NCBI GenBank assembly: GCA_013239625.1
Contig: MU053379.1
Coordinates: forward strand, 5,084,714-5,148,713
Direction of reading: 5' to 3'
DNA length: 64,000 bases
DNA from: Lama guanicoe
Lineage: Eukaryota
A model generated the notes under the pieces. It had not been told where the DNA came from. It did no database searches and saw only the letters and a list, made by a program, of their open reading frames with translations. This document shows positions 39,236 through 52,695 of this stretch, piece after piece (position 1 is the stretch's first letter; every line of letters starts with the position of its first letter). The translations under genes were made by a program, and so were the position numbers.

Positions 39236-42200
39236 ACTGGGGGCACCTGCTTTGGACGCAGGTGCCCACCCTGCCACTCCTGTGACCTTGCTCCGGGCCG
39301 TGGGGGCTGGGGCTGCAGCACCAGGTGCCTGCCCAACATCTGACGCGGGCGGGAAATGGCTTCCACAGCAAGACTCTGAACACCCACCTGCACCAAGACT
39401 CAGCCAGTTCTGCTACTGAGGCTGGAGCCCCCGTGCCAAACAGCAAGGGGGTGCCTGCAAGGGCTGAGGCTCTCTCCTAGAGAAGGCAGCCATGCTGCTC
39501 ACACGCCGCCCCAGAGTTCCGAGAGGACCCCTGCCCGTGCAGAGTGTCTCATGAGGGTTAGCAGCTAATCCCGAAAGCTTCCACGCCAGAGGAACTGGAA
39601 CTGAGAAGCTCAGCTCTACTCTAGGACCACCTCACCCGACAAGGCCTGTCTTCCAGGTCACTTTTACTTCTGTTTAGAAACAACAGTAGAAAAGGGCACG
39701 GCGACTCTGCCGAGTGCAGCAGATGTCGCCCGTGTGCTCCCCTCCAGCTAGTGGGCGGTGCCCGGCCAGTCCTGGGGCCACTGCTGGTGTAAGTGAGCAC
39801 AAATGCCTCAAGGCAGAGGAAAGGGGTCCAGGGGTGCAGGGGACCTGGGCTGGCCAGAAGGGCGTCTCGCATCTGTCTGGGCCAGAGCACGGCTCACTCC
39901 TGCTCATCTCCTGTGTGGTCACAGCCCTTGGACCCGTGACACTGAGATCCTGCCTGGAGCCCCTGCTCCCAGCCCACGGGCAGCCCACCGAGGCGGGGGG
40001 TGGGGGTGGCAGGGGCAGGAGCCAGGCGCCCGGGACAGTGACCTAGCTCTTCATGGCTACCTGTTACCAGCTCCGCCCACACAGGGCCGGAGTGCACAGC
40101 CCAGGAACCTGGCACACAGGCTCCTGCAGCTGCCGGGACCCGCCTTGGCTTTCTCCTGCTTCCCAGCTGTGCGTTTCCCACCCCCTGACCACGTGGTCAT
40201 TTACCAGCAACCACAAACATCATTGGGGGCGACTGGGAAAGGACCCTGCACAGACAGTGCTCAGTGAACAGTGAGCAAATGTGTGAAGGGACAGAAAACA
40301 GCCAGTCTGGTGGGGTGAGAGGCCGGGACCCCTGGGCCGCAGAGGACATGTCTGACTGCCTGTGGGCTTTAAACACCGGGCTCTGCGGCACCCCAGGCAC
40401 AGGCACCCCGCCCTGACACACGGAAGCAGCAGGGTAGCAACAGGGAAGGGCTGGGAGGGCCCTCCGGGTTTTATCCAATTCCAGCTCGACCTGAAGACAG
40501 GGAAGAAAGCTGTGAGGGCCGACAAGCACTGCTAAGGGGAAGGAAACGGAGGAGGCGCAAGGACCGACGTCCCGGGAGAGCGGTAGGTGACTGGCTGGAC
40601 TTCGGCTTTAACACGTAAGGAGTTCATACGTTAAACGTGATCTCCAGAAAAGGCCCACGGCAGGCAGCGTGCAGAGAAGAGCACCAGCCTCTGGCCTGAA
40701 GCATCCCTTGCTGCCCAGCGGTGGCTCTCGATCCCAGGGCAAGAGGCTGCGACAAGGGAACCAGACTTCGAGACCACAAAATCCTCTGTCACCCACACAG
40801 CTGGGGGATCGACTTTTGAATGCAAGTACTGAAACACACATCTACTTACACTTACAGGTTCAGACACCGATGAAAAGACCGGCAGGAAACAGTACCATGA
40901 CAGTGATTTTCCCCGAGCAAGTTTCATTTTCTGCTTCAAATCATTCAGAGCTTTTCAGTTCATCTTTTGTTTTTAGGAAAAGCTTGTATGTTTTGCTTAT
41001 GAAAATACATGTGAAGTAGAATGATGCCTGAACCATAGACACAAGCCTTCGCCTAGAGCTCATTTATCTGATTTATAGATTTAGTTTCAGATAAATTTGC
41101 TATAAATTTATGAACATTTTAATCAAGTTTTGGGCCCCAAAAGATAGTTGTATTTCCTTCAATGCCCAACTGGAAATGCACAGCTCATGAGTCACATCTT
41201 GAGGAGACAAGAACCGAGGTGCCCCCCATACACACAGACCCTCTAGCAGTGTGAGATGAAACTGCTTAGTCACTAGAGGATGGCCTGGAGGCCCCCACCT
41301 CCTCCACAGGGGAGGGCACAGACAACTACCCAACACCCACATCTCCCTGGGGGCACTGGGCAGCCTCACTGCCCTGGGGTCCTGCCAGGAGAATCCAGGA
41401 ATATCCTGCCTTGTCATTAGGAAATCAACAGAGCAAAACTTGTGGGCTGTCTGAAGTAGCCCAAATGACTGATCTAAAGAAAGTCAATTCAATTCAAATA
41501 TCTGCTGGGACCCTTCTGTGTGGCAGCCCAGAGAGCAACAGGCCACCTGCTGCCAAGGCCTCTGCCCAAGGCGCCCGGAAGTGCCCGAGCCTGCGCTGGG
41601 GGAGGCTGTGCGGTCAGTCTCAGGGCTGCTGCATCAGGAAACGTGTTCCTTCTCATTAGCGGCCGAAACTCAGAGATGATAAATTCCTAGAAGTTCAGCT
41701 ACATTTCTGTTAGAAAAAATCAAATGTGTCTTAGTGTACAACATGTGTTTTACACTTATTTTAAGACAGCCAAATAAAAACCTTATTTTAGATTTGTGAA
41801 GCCTTAAATATCGATCTTACGATTTCTTTTCCTCCTCCCAACTGCTCCTCTTTAGAGCGGAAACTCCCTTTCAGCAGTGACGTCCACGTCCTTGGGACCA
41901 AGCCTCCGACAGACTTAACAGCCGTGTGCTGATGCACAGGTGCGTCTACAGAGCCCGTGGCACTTGTGTCAGTACGGATGAGGCCCCACCACCTCTCGCC
42001 CTGCCCACCCCAGGCCAGCTGCACAAGACCCGTCACACCGCCAGCCGTCCTCTCCCAGGTCTCCATGTACTGCCCCTCCCATCTCTCCACCAGCTGCCCT
42101 GTTGCCTCCACAGCACAGCCCAGCTTCCCCAGCCTCCAGCTGCGCACACACCAGTTCACACCCCATTGCTACACACCAGCACAACCCAAGAGCCACAGAG

Positions 42201-42963
42201 CCACCTCACTTGCTCTGAAAGCGCCCCACACCCGACCGAAGGTCACCACTCAGGTGCCAAGCACCATGTCCTAGCCTCCAACCTCCAGCACCCGCAGAGG
42301 CAGCCCCTTCCCCTCCGCTGTGTCTGGTAGGTGTAAAGTGATGCTTCTTAAAAGGATTATTCTTGGCAAACACGGAGCTTCCACTTCCTAAGCTCAATAT
42401 GTCCACACTTTCTCCTCCCACTGGCCCAAAAGTAAAAGTGAAAAAACCCCCAAATTTGGAACACATAAGGTCCAAGTTAACTGAAGGAGACTGTAACACC
42501 TCAAAGCCAGCATAAAATTCCACAACAACCAAGGTATGTTAGGATTTTTCAAAGGAAAAAACAGATTTTTTAAAAACGTAAAAAGGCCTAATTATTTTTT
42601 AAGGCACTACACTTTCCAGTGGTCATCTTTCCCAAGGACAGCTAACCTCCGAGCCTGCACAAGTGACAAGGCATCTCCAACACGACATCTTCATAATGCT
42701 CTCCACATTGTCAGTATTTCTGCCCAACTCAGCTGAAAAAGAGCCCCAGCCATGCAGCAATCACCTGCGCTCATGAATGCCAGCCCTGGAAAGCAGTGCC
42801 CACCGTACAAACATCTTGTGACAGGTAAGGGGCACAGGGAACTTTCTGGACAACAAAAAGGTTCTGTATTTCCTGAGCTAAACGATGGAGATATAAATAC
42901 ATAAATTACCATGAAAACGAACTCTTACTAAAATTAAAGGAAAAATGAACGCACAGCACTTAC

Positions 42964-43088
42964 CGAAGTTCAGGAAAATCAGCTTGGCCTGTATCCCAGG
43001 ACACAGTTTGACGAGAACTGGAATGGTCAGGTACAACCCCACAACACACAGGAGTATCTTCCTCAGTCGGAAGCACAGGCTCTTCCGC
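42964..43088 (-). CDS. ABHD12: ABHD12 exon 2 (transmembrane helix)
   Basis: AG/GT, 125 nt; [41 protein letters not shown]. Confidence 0.95.
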
Positions 43089-43659
43089 CTGCAAGAGAAA
43101 AGCAGTGAGCAGGTCAGAGGCGCTCGGCTTCTCTACTTTTATCAACAGCTTTGATCCAACAAGAGTCAGTGATAAGAGCGGCCCCTCCACCTGCTTTTGT
43201 CTTTTAATTTGCACCTAAAACTCTACTACAGGATAAAATGTCTTTTCCTGAAAGCCAAGGAAACAGTCCTGCTGACGTCCTAGTAACCCTTGGGATCCAA
43301 ACACAGCACAGACGTCAGATCCCCAGAAAGTGCCCAACTGTTGGTAGGGAGCTGCAACCTCCTCTCAGGAGAGCGGCTGCCTGGGGGCATCTGATGACCC
43401 TCTGCTGGCAGGCGCAGGCGCCGGCCACCCGTTAGCTCCCTGCAGGAAGCACGCGCTACACAGAACCTGCCCAACCAGGTCCTGGGAGGGAGCAGGGGGC
43501 TGAGAACAAGACGTGGCCTTCAATGCCTGTTCTCGCGTTTCCGCCCGCGTTCCCTGCAGAGGCCCTTTCTCTGGGCTCCTCGGGCCAGGTCATCACCCCA
43601 GGTCTCCAGACCCTCTTCTAATATATAACCAGCCCCAAGACTTTCTCATCCTGCTCCCC

Positions 43660-44168
43660 ACCCCCTTTCAAAAAACGTCCCTAGTCAAGAGACTCTTAAA
43701 CTTCTTGGACTAAGGGTCTCTCTACAACTAAAAAATTAAGCTTCTGTTTATATGGTTTATGTTTATTACAATTTGTTTTATGAGAAGTTAAAAATAGTTT
43801 TAATACCTATTATTATCTAATAATAACAATACACAACCCATTACATGGTAATATAATTAACATCCGTTATAAAAACATTCTCCAATATGAAAAATTTTAG
43901 TGAGGAGACTGGCATTAACATTTTTATAAATTTCTTTAAGCCAGATAGCTTAATAGAAGACAGATGGATTCTCATTTCTGCATCTGCATTCAATCTGCTA
44001 CAGAACCATACATTGTGGAGCACCTGGAAATCTCCTGAAACCCAATGAAAGAACGAAGGTGAAAAAGGCAAACAGCATCTCAGTGTTATCATGAAATAGC
44101 TCTGACCTCAAGGACACGGTGAAGGTCCTGGGGACCCCACGAGCCTCGAGCACACATGGAAACTGCTG
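43660..44168. mobile_element. hAT-Charlie (Charlie1-like) DNA transposon fossil
   Basis: gcttaatagaagacagatggattctcatttctgcatctgcattcaatctg resembles recalled Charlie1 consensus; boundaries approximate. Confidence 0.6.
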
Positions 44169-44848
44169 CTTTAACTCTGCATACCAAGTCTCAACCTTAA
44201 TGGGGCTAGTTATTTGGCTCTGGACTGCTTCGAAAAACAGTATTTAAGATGCTTTAAAAAATGCACCTTGAACTGCTGACACAAGCAACAACACAGAAGA
44301 GCCTCAAAAGCATTGCGCTCAGTCAGTCAGACAGATATATGCAATGACACACTGTGCAATTCCATTCATCTAAAAACCTACAGAAGGCAGAACTACGACA
44401 GGGACAAAGGAGCAGAACAGAGGCGGAAATACTCTGCACCTGGACTGCAGCCGTGGACAAACGGTTGTGCATGCAGGTAAATTTACAGGTAAATAAGACC
44501 TCAGTAAAGCTGAAGACAACATGCACACCTAACAATGTAATCCACTCACTCCTGGACCAGGCTCATCCAACGGCAGGAAGCAGAGCACCTGGCACCCCTT
44601 GGGCAGGGGCCACAGGGCAGCAAAGTGTGCCGCCCGCACCAGGGGTGCGCTCTCAGCGCCGCGGGGCGGGCAGAGGGCTGTGAGAGAAGCACCTGCTGCA
44701 GGGCGATCTGACCTGGTCTGGGTTGCCAGGGAGGGGCCACTGGGTAGAAACACTAACTCAGGAATACAGGACTTAACTGGATGATGCAGGAGACATTTAA
44801 GACAGCATCTTAAATTCCATGCACAATCCCTGTGTTCAATGAGGAAAG

Positions 44849-44985
44849 GCATATAATACTGTGGTAAAAGTGCTGACTCTGGAGTCAAATAATCTGGTCC
44901 AACATCCAACCTGCCACTTACTAGCTGTGCCATCTTGGGCAAGATACTTAAACTCTCTGAGACTCGATTTCCTCCCTGGCGGTGG
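44849..44985 (+). mobile_element. MIR SINE fragment
   Basis: MIR core: gactctggagtca...ctgccacttactagctgtg..cttgggcaag..acttaa.ctctctgag. Confidence 0.75.
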
Positions 44986-45911
44986 GGACAGACATGCTGC
45001 CTCTTCTGTGGGGCTCCTGGGAGGACTACACACAACAGTGCAGGCAGAGTGTACACAGGAGGCCCTGGCACCAGGCCCGTGATATTTCAGAGCCGACACC
45101 ACCATCTTTTTACCCTTCTCAGAGAAAAGCGCAGGGTCTGCGCACAACGAACGACCTAACGAATGGAAGGCTGGGTGTGATGCAGAGGTCCAAAGGGGCC
45201 AAGAAGGATCCAGGGCTTTACTCTGAGAGAAACCAGAGAGCCCGTAAGAACTGAAGAGCCCGCCGTCAAACACAGCCACCGACGGCCTGGTGCAGAGCGG
45301 GCGCTGGCGTCCTCTGCTCCAGCCGCCCTTGGCCACGCTTGTGTCCCTCCCACAATGTGCCCACGCGCCCTCTGGCGCCAGCTGTGAGGTGTTCAGGTAG
45401 CTTGAGATTTTATCCCTGAAGAAAGGGAAGCAAGTCCACACCAAGACGTGTTCAAAACTGTTCATGGCAGCTTTATTCACAACACCCAGAAACTGAGACG
45501 ACTCGAATGTCCATCAGTGGGTGAGCAGATAAACTTGGTCTGTCCTCAGAATGGAACACTGCACAGCAGCCACAGGAGCCAGCTAAGGACACACGAGCCA
45601 CGTGGACGAAGCCCAAGGTAACTGTGCCAAGGGAAAGATGTCGGAAGATGACCGGATCACCAACAGGCGCACCTACCAATGCTCCTGTTTGTTAGCAGAA
45701 TTAGTATTTTCCCTCCTGTGCTATTTCAGGGTGATGCTTCCTCTGTGGACGGTGGCTTTCATCTCTGTGTTTTGAAACAGTGTACACAAGATGAAAACCA
45801 CCTGCTCCTTATAAAGTTAAAAGAATTATGAAAAAGGGATAAGGAGAATGGAGGTTATGAACAATGTTTAGGGGAAAAAAATCACTTTCCTCACTTCTTC
45901 CTAAGCATAGC

Positions 45912-46340
45912 CCCCTAGTTTACAATGGTGTAAAAGCTATACACATTCAGCAGAAACCGCACTTGGAATTTTGACCTTTTCCAGGGACAGTGACATGGGG
46001 TGCAACCCTCTTCTCGTGACGCTGGGCAGCGGGCGCAGTTCCCAGTCAGCCATGTGGTCCAACCTCTGCATGGACACTCACCCTGCTTTTCACTTTCAGA
46101 GCCACATTCAAGAAATTACATGAGATATTCAACATTTTATTGTAAAACAGGCTTTGTGTTAGATGGTTTTGCCCAACTGTCAGCTAATCCAAGTGCTGTG
46201 TGAGCACCTTTAAGGCAGGCCAGGCTCAGCCATGGTGCTCGGTGGTCAGCTTTATCAAATATATCTCTGACTGACGATTTTTACAACTTACGACAGGTTT
46301 ATCAGTACGTAAGACCGCTGTAAGTCAAGGAGGATCTGTA
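45912..46340. mobile_element. TcMar-Tigger fossil (Tigger5/MER47-like)
   Basis: Ends gtaagtcaaggaggatctg|ta; internal ggctttgtgttagatggttttgcccaactg resembles recalled MER47 consensus. Confidence 0.65.
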
Positions 46341-46744
46341 ACTCTCACCTCCTTCTTGTGACAATTTTGTTAGAATTCTCAGGAATTCCCTTGGCTGCAG
46401 TCTTCACTGGTCACTGCTCGTAGTTACTAGCCAGAAGTGTTCGTGGTTCTTGACGGCTTCACTGCAGGAGCGAGCGCTTCCCGCACGGCCAGGGAGGGAG
46501 GCACCTTCTCCGTCCAGCACCGCTGCAGCCTGGTGTTGCCACAGAGGCTTGTCTCTCCACACTCCACACGTCCACGTGCACAGGCACAGCGTTTGCCTGC
46601 ACAACGATTCAGTGCGCTTTTCTTCAAAGGTTACTCATATAATCAGTCCCATAAACAGATCATCAGACTTATTTGCCATGAAATAAAAATGAATTGTAAA
46701 AATACATACAATGAATGGACTTACCAGACAGCCCGGCAGTTGAA

Positions 46745-47400
46745 CGTCCTGGGCATTTAGTCATGAGAATTAAAGACTCACTTTCGAGCAGGAACTTACA
46801 CACAAATGTTTACAGCACCTCTATGCACAACAGTCTCAAACTGGCAACAACGCAGATGTCGCAACAGGCAAACAGATAAACAAACCATGGACCACTACTC
46901 AGCAGCTAAAAGAGATGAACCACCACCCCCGTGCCAACCTGGGTGAACTTGAGAATTACGCTGAGGGGAAGGTCAATCAATCCCTAAAGGTTATACATCA
47001 TGAGTCCATTCATGTAACAGTCTTGAAATGATGAAGTTACAGAGATGGAGAGCAGATTAGTGGTTGTCCAGGTGTAGCAGTGGGATGGGGAAGGCTGGGT
47101 GGGTGTAAAGGGTGTCACAGAGAGGCTGGTGGTGACGGTACAGGTGAGGTCCTGCGATGAGACTGCAGAGCATCTCACACACACACACACACACACGCAG
47201 TGAGTGCACATAAGTTGGAGAAGCCTGAACAAGCTAGGCGGACCGCATCAGTGCCAACTTTGGGGGCTTGACTGCACTATAGCAGTGTAAGGTGCTGCCA
47301 TGGAGGGAGGCTGGGGAGAGGAGCACTGGATGTCCCTGAACATCTCTGTGCAACGTCCTATGAATCCATAATTACTTCAAAATAAAAAGGTAAAAATAAA
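46745..47400 (+). mobile_element. Old L1M 3' fragment with an internal (CA)n at 47176-47196
   Basis: L1 3'UTR-like motifs (acaaatgtttacagca, agattagtggttg) and A-rich end. Confidence 0.55.
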
Positions 47401-49021
47401 CCAAAAAATTGGAAAGTTGCTACATCTAAAACTATAGTAAATAAAACATAAGTAGACATTAATAAGTCTGATCAACTTGTTCGATTTCACGTGTTCTCTC
47501 CATTTGTCCAACTAAATACACGCTCCATTTTCACATATGAGGAAACTGAGTCCCAAGGAGCTGACTTGCCCGAGCCTGCAGGGCAGGCCTGACTGACCTC
47601 TGCCCCTGTGCTCCTGTGGGCCTACTGAGGCATCCCCAGCTCTGCTGACCCCTTCACCCCGGCCTCCCTTTCTGGAGACGAGGCCCAAACTAGAGGCAGG
47701 AGGTCCAGAGCACCCAACACACAATCTGGGATTTAGTCTCCTGTGATGATAGATTCTTAGACATTTTTTGGTAAGAGGACTCAAACAAATTACTTGAGAA
47801 AAGGACAACTTGTGCAATCTACAACTTCCTGCTGTGTCCTAGAAGGGCAGACCCAAAGCAAGCCTTGGTAAGTAACTGGTTGGTAAGAACTTGAGGTGGA
47901 GGCCGAGAGGGAAGGGAGGGGTGAGGAGGTGCCTGGGAAAGGCCAGAGGGTCGCAGAAGGAAGCCCGGAGCCCTCTGTAGGCATGCGGGTGGCCTCAGGG
48001 TGACACTAGCTAGTTCCGCTGTGGCACTAGTGAAAGACCAGACAGACAGATCAATGGAACAGAGGAGAGAGCCCAGAAATAGACCCACAAAAGTACAATC
48101 AACTGATATTTGACAAAGGAGTAAAAGCAACCCAATGGAGTAAACACAGTCTCTTCAACAAGAGTGCTGAAACAGCCGGACATCCACGTGCAAAAGATGA
48201 ATCTAGACGCAGACCCCACACCCTTCACAAAAAATAACTCCAAACGGATCATAGAGCTCAGGTAAAATGTGAGACTATGAAACTCCCAGAAGGTAACAGG
48301 AGAAAATCTAGGCAATCTTGGGTGTCATGATGACTTTTTAGCCACAACACCAAAGGCACAATCCATAAAAGAAAGACTTGATAAGTCAGACTTCTCTAAA
48401 AACAAAAACTTCTGCTCTGTGGAAGACAATACCAAGAGAACGAGAAGACAAGCGAGAGACTGGGAAAAACTGTTCACGAAACACACACTGGATAAAGGCC
48501 TGCTATCCAAAATGTGCAAAGAACTCTAAGAACTCGACAATGAGAAAACAGCCCAGTTAAAAAACTGGTGTGAGCCCGAACAGACACCTCGCCAAAGAAG
48601 ACATACAGACGCAGTAAGCACGTGAAGCGACGCTCCACACGATGTGCCATCGGGGAAATGTGACGTGAAACAACAGCGAGATGCCGCTCCACGCCCATCA
48701 GAGCAGCCAAAATCCACAACGCTGCCAGCACTCAGCGCTGGCAAGGGGGTGGTGCAGCCACTTTGGAAGACAGTTTGGCAGTTTGTTACAAAACTAAACA
48801 TACTCTTACCATATGATGTAGCAATCATGCCCCTTGGTATTTACCCAGATGAGCTGAAAACTTACGTCCAAGTGAAAATCTGCACATGGATGTTTACAGC
48901 AGCCTTATTCATAATTGCCAAAATTTGGAAGCAACCAAGATGTCGTTCAATAGGTGAATGTGTAAATAAACTGTGATGCATCCAAACTATGGAATATTAC
49001 TCAACAATAGAAAGGAATGAA

Positions 49022-49280
49022 GGGTGAGGGGGGTTGGAAGGGACAGACTGGGAGTTCGAAATTCGTAGATACTGATAGGCATACGTAGAATAGACAAACA
49101 AGATTATACTGTATAGCACAGGGAAATATATACAAGATCTTGTGGTAGCTCACAGTGAAAAAAATGTGACAATGAATATATGTATGTTCATGTATAACTG
49201 AAAAATTGTGCTCTACACTGGAAATTGACACAACACTGTAAACTGACTATAACTCAATAAAAAAATGTTAAAAAAAAAAA
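49022..49280 (+). mobile_element. Young L1 3'UTR fragment with poly(A)
   Basis: Near-identical to the 3' end of the full-length L1 (about 60640-60875); flanked by GAATGA repeats. Confidence 0.85.
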
Positions 49281-49407
49281 GAATGAGCTCTGAAGCCATG
49301 AAAAGACTTGCAGGAAGCTTAAATGCATATTAGTAAATGAAAAGACAATCTGAAAAGGTTACATAGCATATGATTACAACTATATGACACCCTAGAAAAG
49401 GCAAAAC

Positions 49408-49993
49408 TGTTACCAAACTAGCTTCCTCCTGCCAAATGAGCAGCACTTCAAAACACTGAGGTGCTGAAGTTTGCAGCAGAGAGGGTTTGCTCTCCAGGTA
49501 GCTCTCAAGGTGAGAAGATGGGTGAACAAGTCTCAGGTCTCCCTCCCTGAAGCCAAGGGGCTCAGGGTACTTACGGGACAAAGAATAAAGCAGCAGGATG
49601 GTCTGAGGCATGGGGAGCGTGGGGAAAGGTGATTGGAAGATGTGCAGTAATCATCGCTCTGCACAGGTGTAACTAAGCTACAGGCCTCTGCATGTTCAAA
49701 AATGGAAGCACTTGGCATGATCTGAGAATGAAATTTTTGGCCCTCTCATGTCAAAAGGTCACGAAGTGGACAGTGGCACAGGCCCAGTTGGAGGGTCAGT
49801 GGTCCTATCCAGTCCTAACCAGCTCAGCCCAAACTATACACAGCTGACTCCAAGCTCCTGGAAAACAACTCAGACAAACAAACATCCTACTGTTTAGACT
49901 AAGTGCCCCCTGGAGGACACGGAAGTCCTTTGTGGACGACCTTGATCAGTGAAGGCAGGTGAATGGGTTTCACTAATGATTACCCACATTTCA
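49408..49993 (-). mobile_element. ERV solo LTR (probably class I)
   Basis: 586 bp, TG...CA termini, 4-bp TSD AAAC (49404-49407 and 49994-49997) splitting the host L1; strand inferred. Confidence 0.72.
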
Positions 49994-51924
49994 AAACTAA
50001 CTGAGACAGCAAAAGGGTCCGTGGCTACCACGGGTTGGGGAATGGAGGGATGAGTGGGTGGAGCACAGGGGATTTTTAGGGCGGTGGAAGTATCCTGGAC
50101 GATACTACATTGGTGGACACAGGTCATTACACATTTGTGAAGACTCCAGAATGTGCACCAAGAGTGAACCCTAATGTAAACTATGGCCTTTGGGAGAATG
50201 GCATGTCACTGCAGGTTCACTGACTGTAATAAATGCACTATTGTAGCAGGGAAGTGAGCAGTGGGGAGGTTGTACGTGGGGGCGGGAGACAGACAGAAAA
50301 TCTCTATACTTTCTGCTCAGTTTTGCTGTGAACCTGAAACTGCTCTAAAAAATAAAGTTTAAAATAGTCAATCACACATAAGCAGACAGTTGGGTGGTGG
50401 CTCTCGGGGCTGTGGGGAGGAGGAGGCTGGGAGCTCCTAGCCAGCCGGCAGGAAGGTGCAATTATGCAAGATAACAAGCCCCAGAGCCCCGCTGGACAAT
50501 GACGTCCCTGCCTCCCGCAACACTGCACCATGCACTCCAAAACGGATGTGTCCTTACGACTAGGACAAAACGTCTCATGACATTAAGATGAGTGTTTTAT
50601 GACACGACAAAAAGATAAACTTTAAAAATAGTTTACTTATTAAAACAATGAATAACAACAGTGCTCCTTGGAGTTCTGACACGTTTGGGGCCTCAGGAAA
50701 CCCGAACCCCAGGGTGGGAGGCGAGGGTGGTGCAGGAACAGCGAGACAGCACTTAGTGGATTCAGGCAAACGGAACTGAACTTAAATTCCACACTAGGAG
50801 CCGCACAGGAGGGAAAGAGAAACTAGTCTTGAAAACGCAAGAGCCCGTGTGTTAGAGATTTTATATCATTATTTCTATCAGAAAGTTCTATGCTTGTACA
50901 TAATTAAGTTCTGCAGGAGTAACTAAAAGGCAGGTTTTGTAATCGAGAGGAACAGCGGCATGGTGTTCTCAGCAGAGTTCTCCCTGGAACCCTCTCTCTC
51001 CAAGTCCTGAAACAGTCCTCTGTCTGCCTTGAGAACTGCACTGGGGTGGCTCCCTGGGGTATGCTCATTTCTCTCTCACCCTGGGAGTTTTTTCTTACAT
51101 AGGATAGGTAAATTTCCAGATTTCTGATGTTATCTCTTGATATGGATATTTACTGATGAAACACATTCATTTAATTTTAATATATGAGAGTTGCATAAGT
51201 TCTGGTAATTAAATTTAATTTCTCAAAATTCTATTTCAATCAGTGCTATGGTCAGGAATAAATCTTGTCAGCAAGTCTGAAAATCTTTTTAAAAGGCACT
51301 CAGAAAAAAACTTTACAAGTCTGTATCGCATTTGCACAATCGGCAAAATGAAAAAAATTTTCACATTTAGAAAAAGTTCATTCAAAAAAATACAAAATTG
51401 ATGAAGTTATCCAAAAGCTGTTTCTTTAAGAAAAAACAAGAAATAGACTAATACTTTTTTGGCTAGAAAGAGAATATAAATATACAAAATTAGGGATCAG
51501 AAAAGAGATAAAGAGAGGTGAAAAGATTTTTTTAATAGAGAATATTATGTTCTTTGTAAGCTAATAAAATTTTTGTAATTCAATGATATAGATCTTTTTG
51601 TAAGAAAATATAAATGATGATAATTCATTCAAATTGTCAGAAAAAAAATAAACAAATAAATCCTATACCCAAAGGAGATACTGGATAAAGCTATCAAAGA
51701 ATTATGTCCCTAAAGGACACAAGGCCCCTAACTTTCAAGAAACAGATGTGTATCATATCACACCATCTGTGGCAAAACACAGAAAAGAGAAAATGTTCAA
51801 AATCAAAGCTGGTTTTAGTATAACTGAAAGATAGAACCACAAAGAAATGACCAATGAATTTCAACTATGAATAAAAATACAAAAATCCTGGTAGTTTAAA
51901 AGAAAATCAGGAAGGAATATAAAA

Positions 51925-52695
51925 CGGTGCAGCTTCTGTGGAAAACAGTCTGGCAGTTCCCCCAAAAGTTAAACATAGAATTTCTGTACGGCACAGCAAT
52001 GCAACTCCCAGGTGTACACCCAAAAGACCTGAAAGCAGTCTCAAACAAGACACCTGAAGACCAATGTTAACAGCAGCAGCATTACAACAGCCCGATGGTG
52101 GAAACAACCCAAGTGCCCATCAACACGTGAATGGATGAACAAGACATGATACACACACAATGGAATACTACTCAGCCATGAAAAGGAATGTACCACATGC
52201 TACAACGTGGTTGAACCTTAAACACATGCTAAGTGATGGGAGGGCATAGCTCAAGTGGTAGAGTGCATGCTTAGCATGCAGGAGGTTCAGAGTTCGTTTC
52301 CCAGTAGCTCCTCGAAAAATAAATAAATAAACCTAACTACCCCTCCACCACAAAAAATTAAAACAAAACGAAACAAAACATGTTGAGTGAAATAAGCCAG
52401 GCATAAAGAGACAAATACTCTCTGATTCCACTTATATGAGGTACCTAGAATAGGCAAATTCATAGAGAAAGAAAGCAGAACACTATTTAGCAGGGGCTGA
52501 GGGGTAGGGTGAGGAGGAGGAGTTAACATCTGCTAGGTAACAGAGCTTCTGTTTGGGAAGAGGGAAAAGTTCCTGAAGTCGATAGTGGTAATGAGGCAAA
52601 ACACTGTGAGTGTGTTTAATGCCACTGAATTGTACACTTAAAGGTGGTTAAAACAGTACATTGCACGTTAGGTCTATTTTATCTCAATTAAAGAA
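51925..52695 (+). mobile_element. Old L1M 3' end (host of the SINE)
   Basis: gtggaaaacagtctggcagttcc...atggaatactactcagccat...gccactgaattgtacacttaa L1 3' motifs. Confidence 0.7.
52238..52377 (+). mobile_element. tRNA-derived SINE (resembles camelid vic-1 type)
   Basis: A-box TAGCTCAAGTGG, degenerate B-box GTTCGTTTCC, A-rich tail, imperfect TSD ACATGCTAAGTGA / ACATGTTGAGTGA. Confidence 0.8.

Larger units (their letters stand above)
48015..50365 (+). mobile_element. Old L1 (L1MC-like) 3' portion, interrupted by two younger insertions
   Basis: ORF2 C-terminal peptides ([10 protein letters not shown]...PYDVAIMPLGIYP); 3'UTR resumes at 49281 and 49998. Confidence 0.75.

Noticed and set aside
52238..52315. 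Possible tRNA gene
   Set aside because: Degenerate B-box, A-rich tail and TSD show it is a tRNA-derived SINE.
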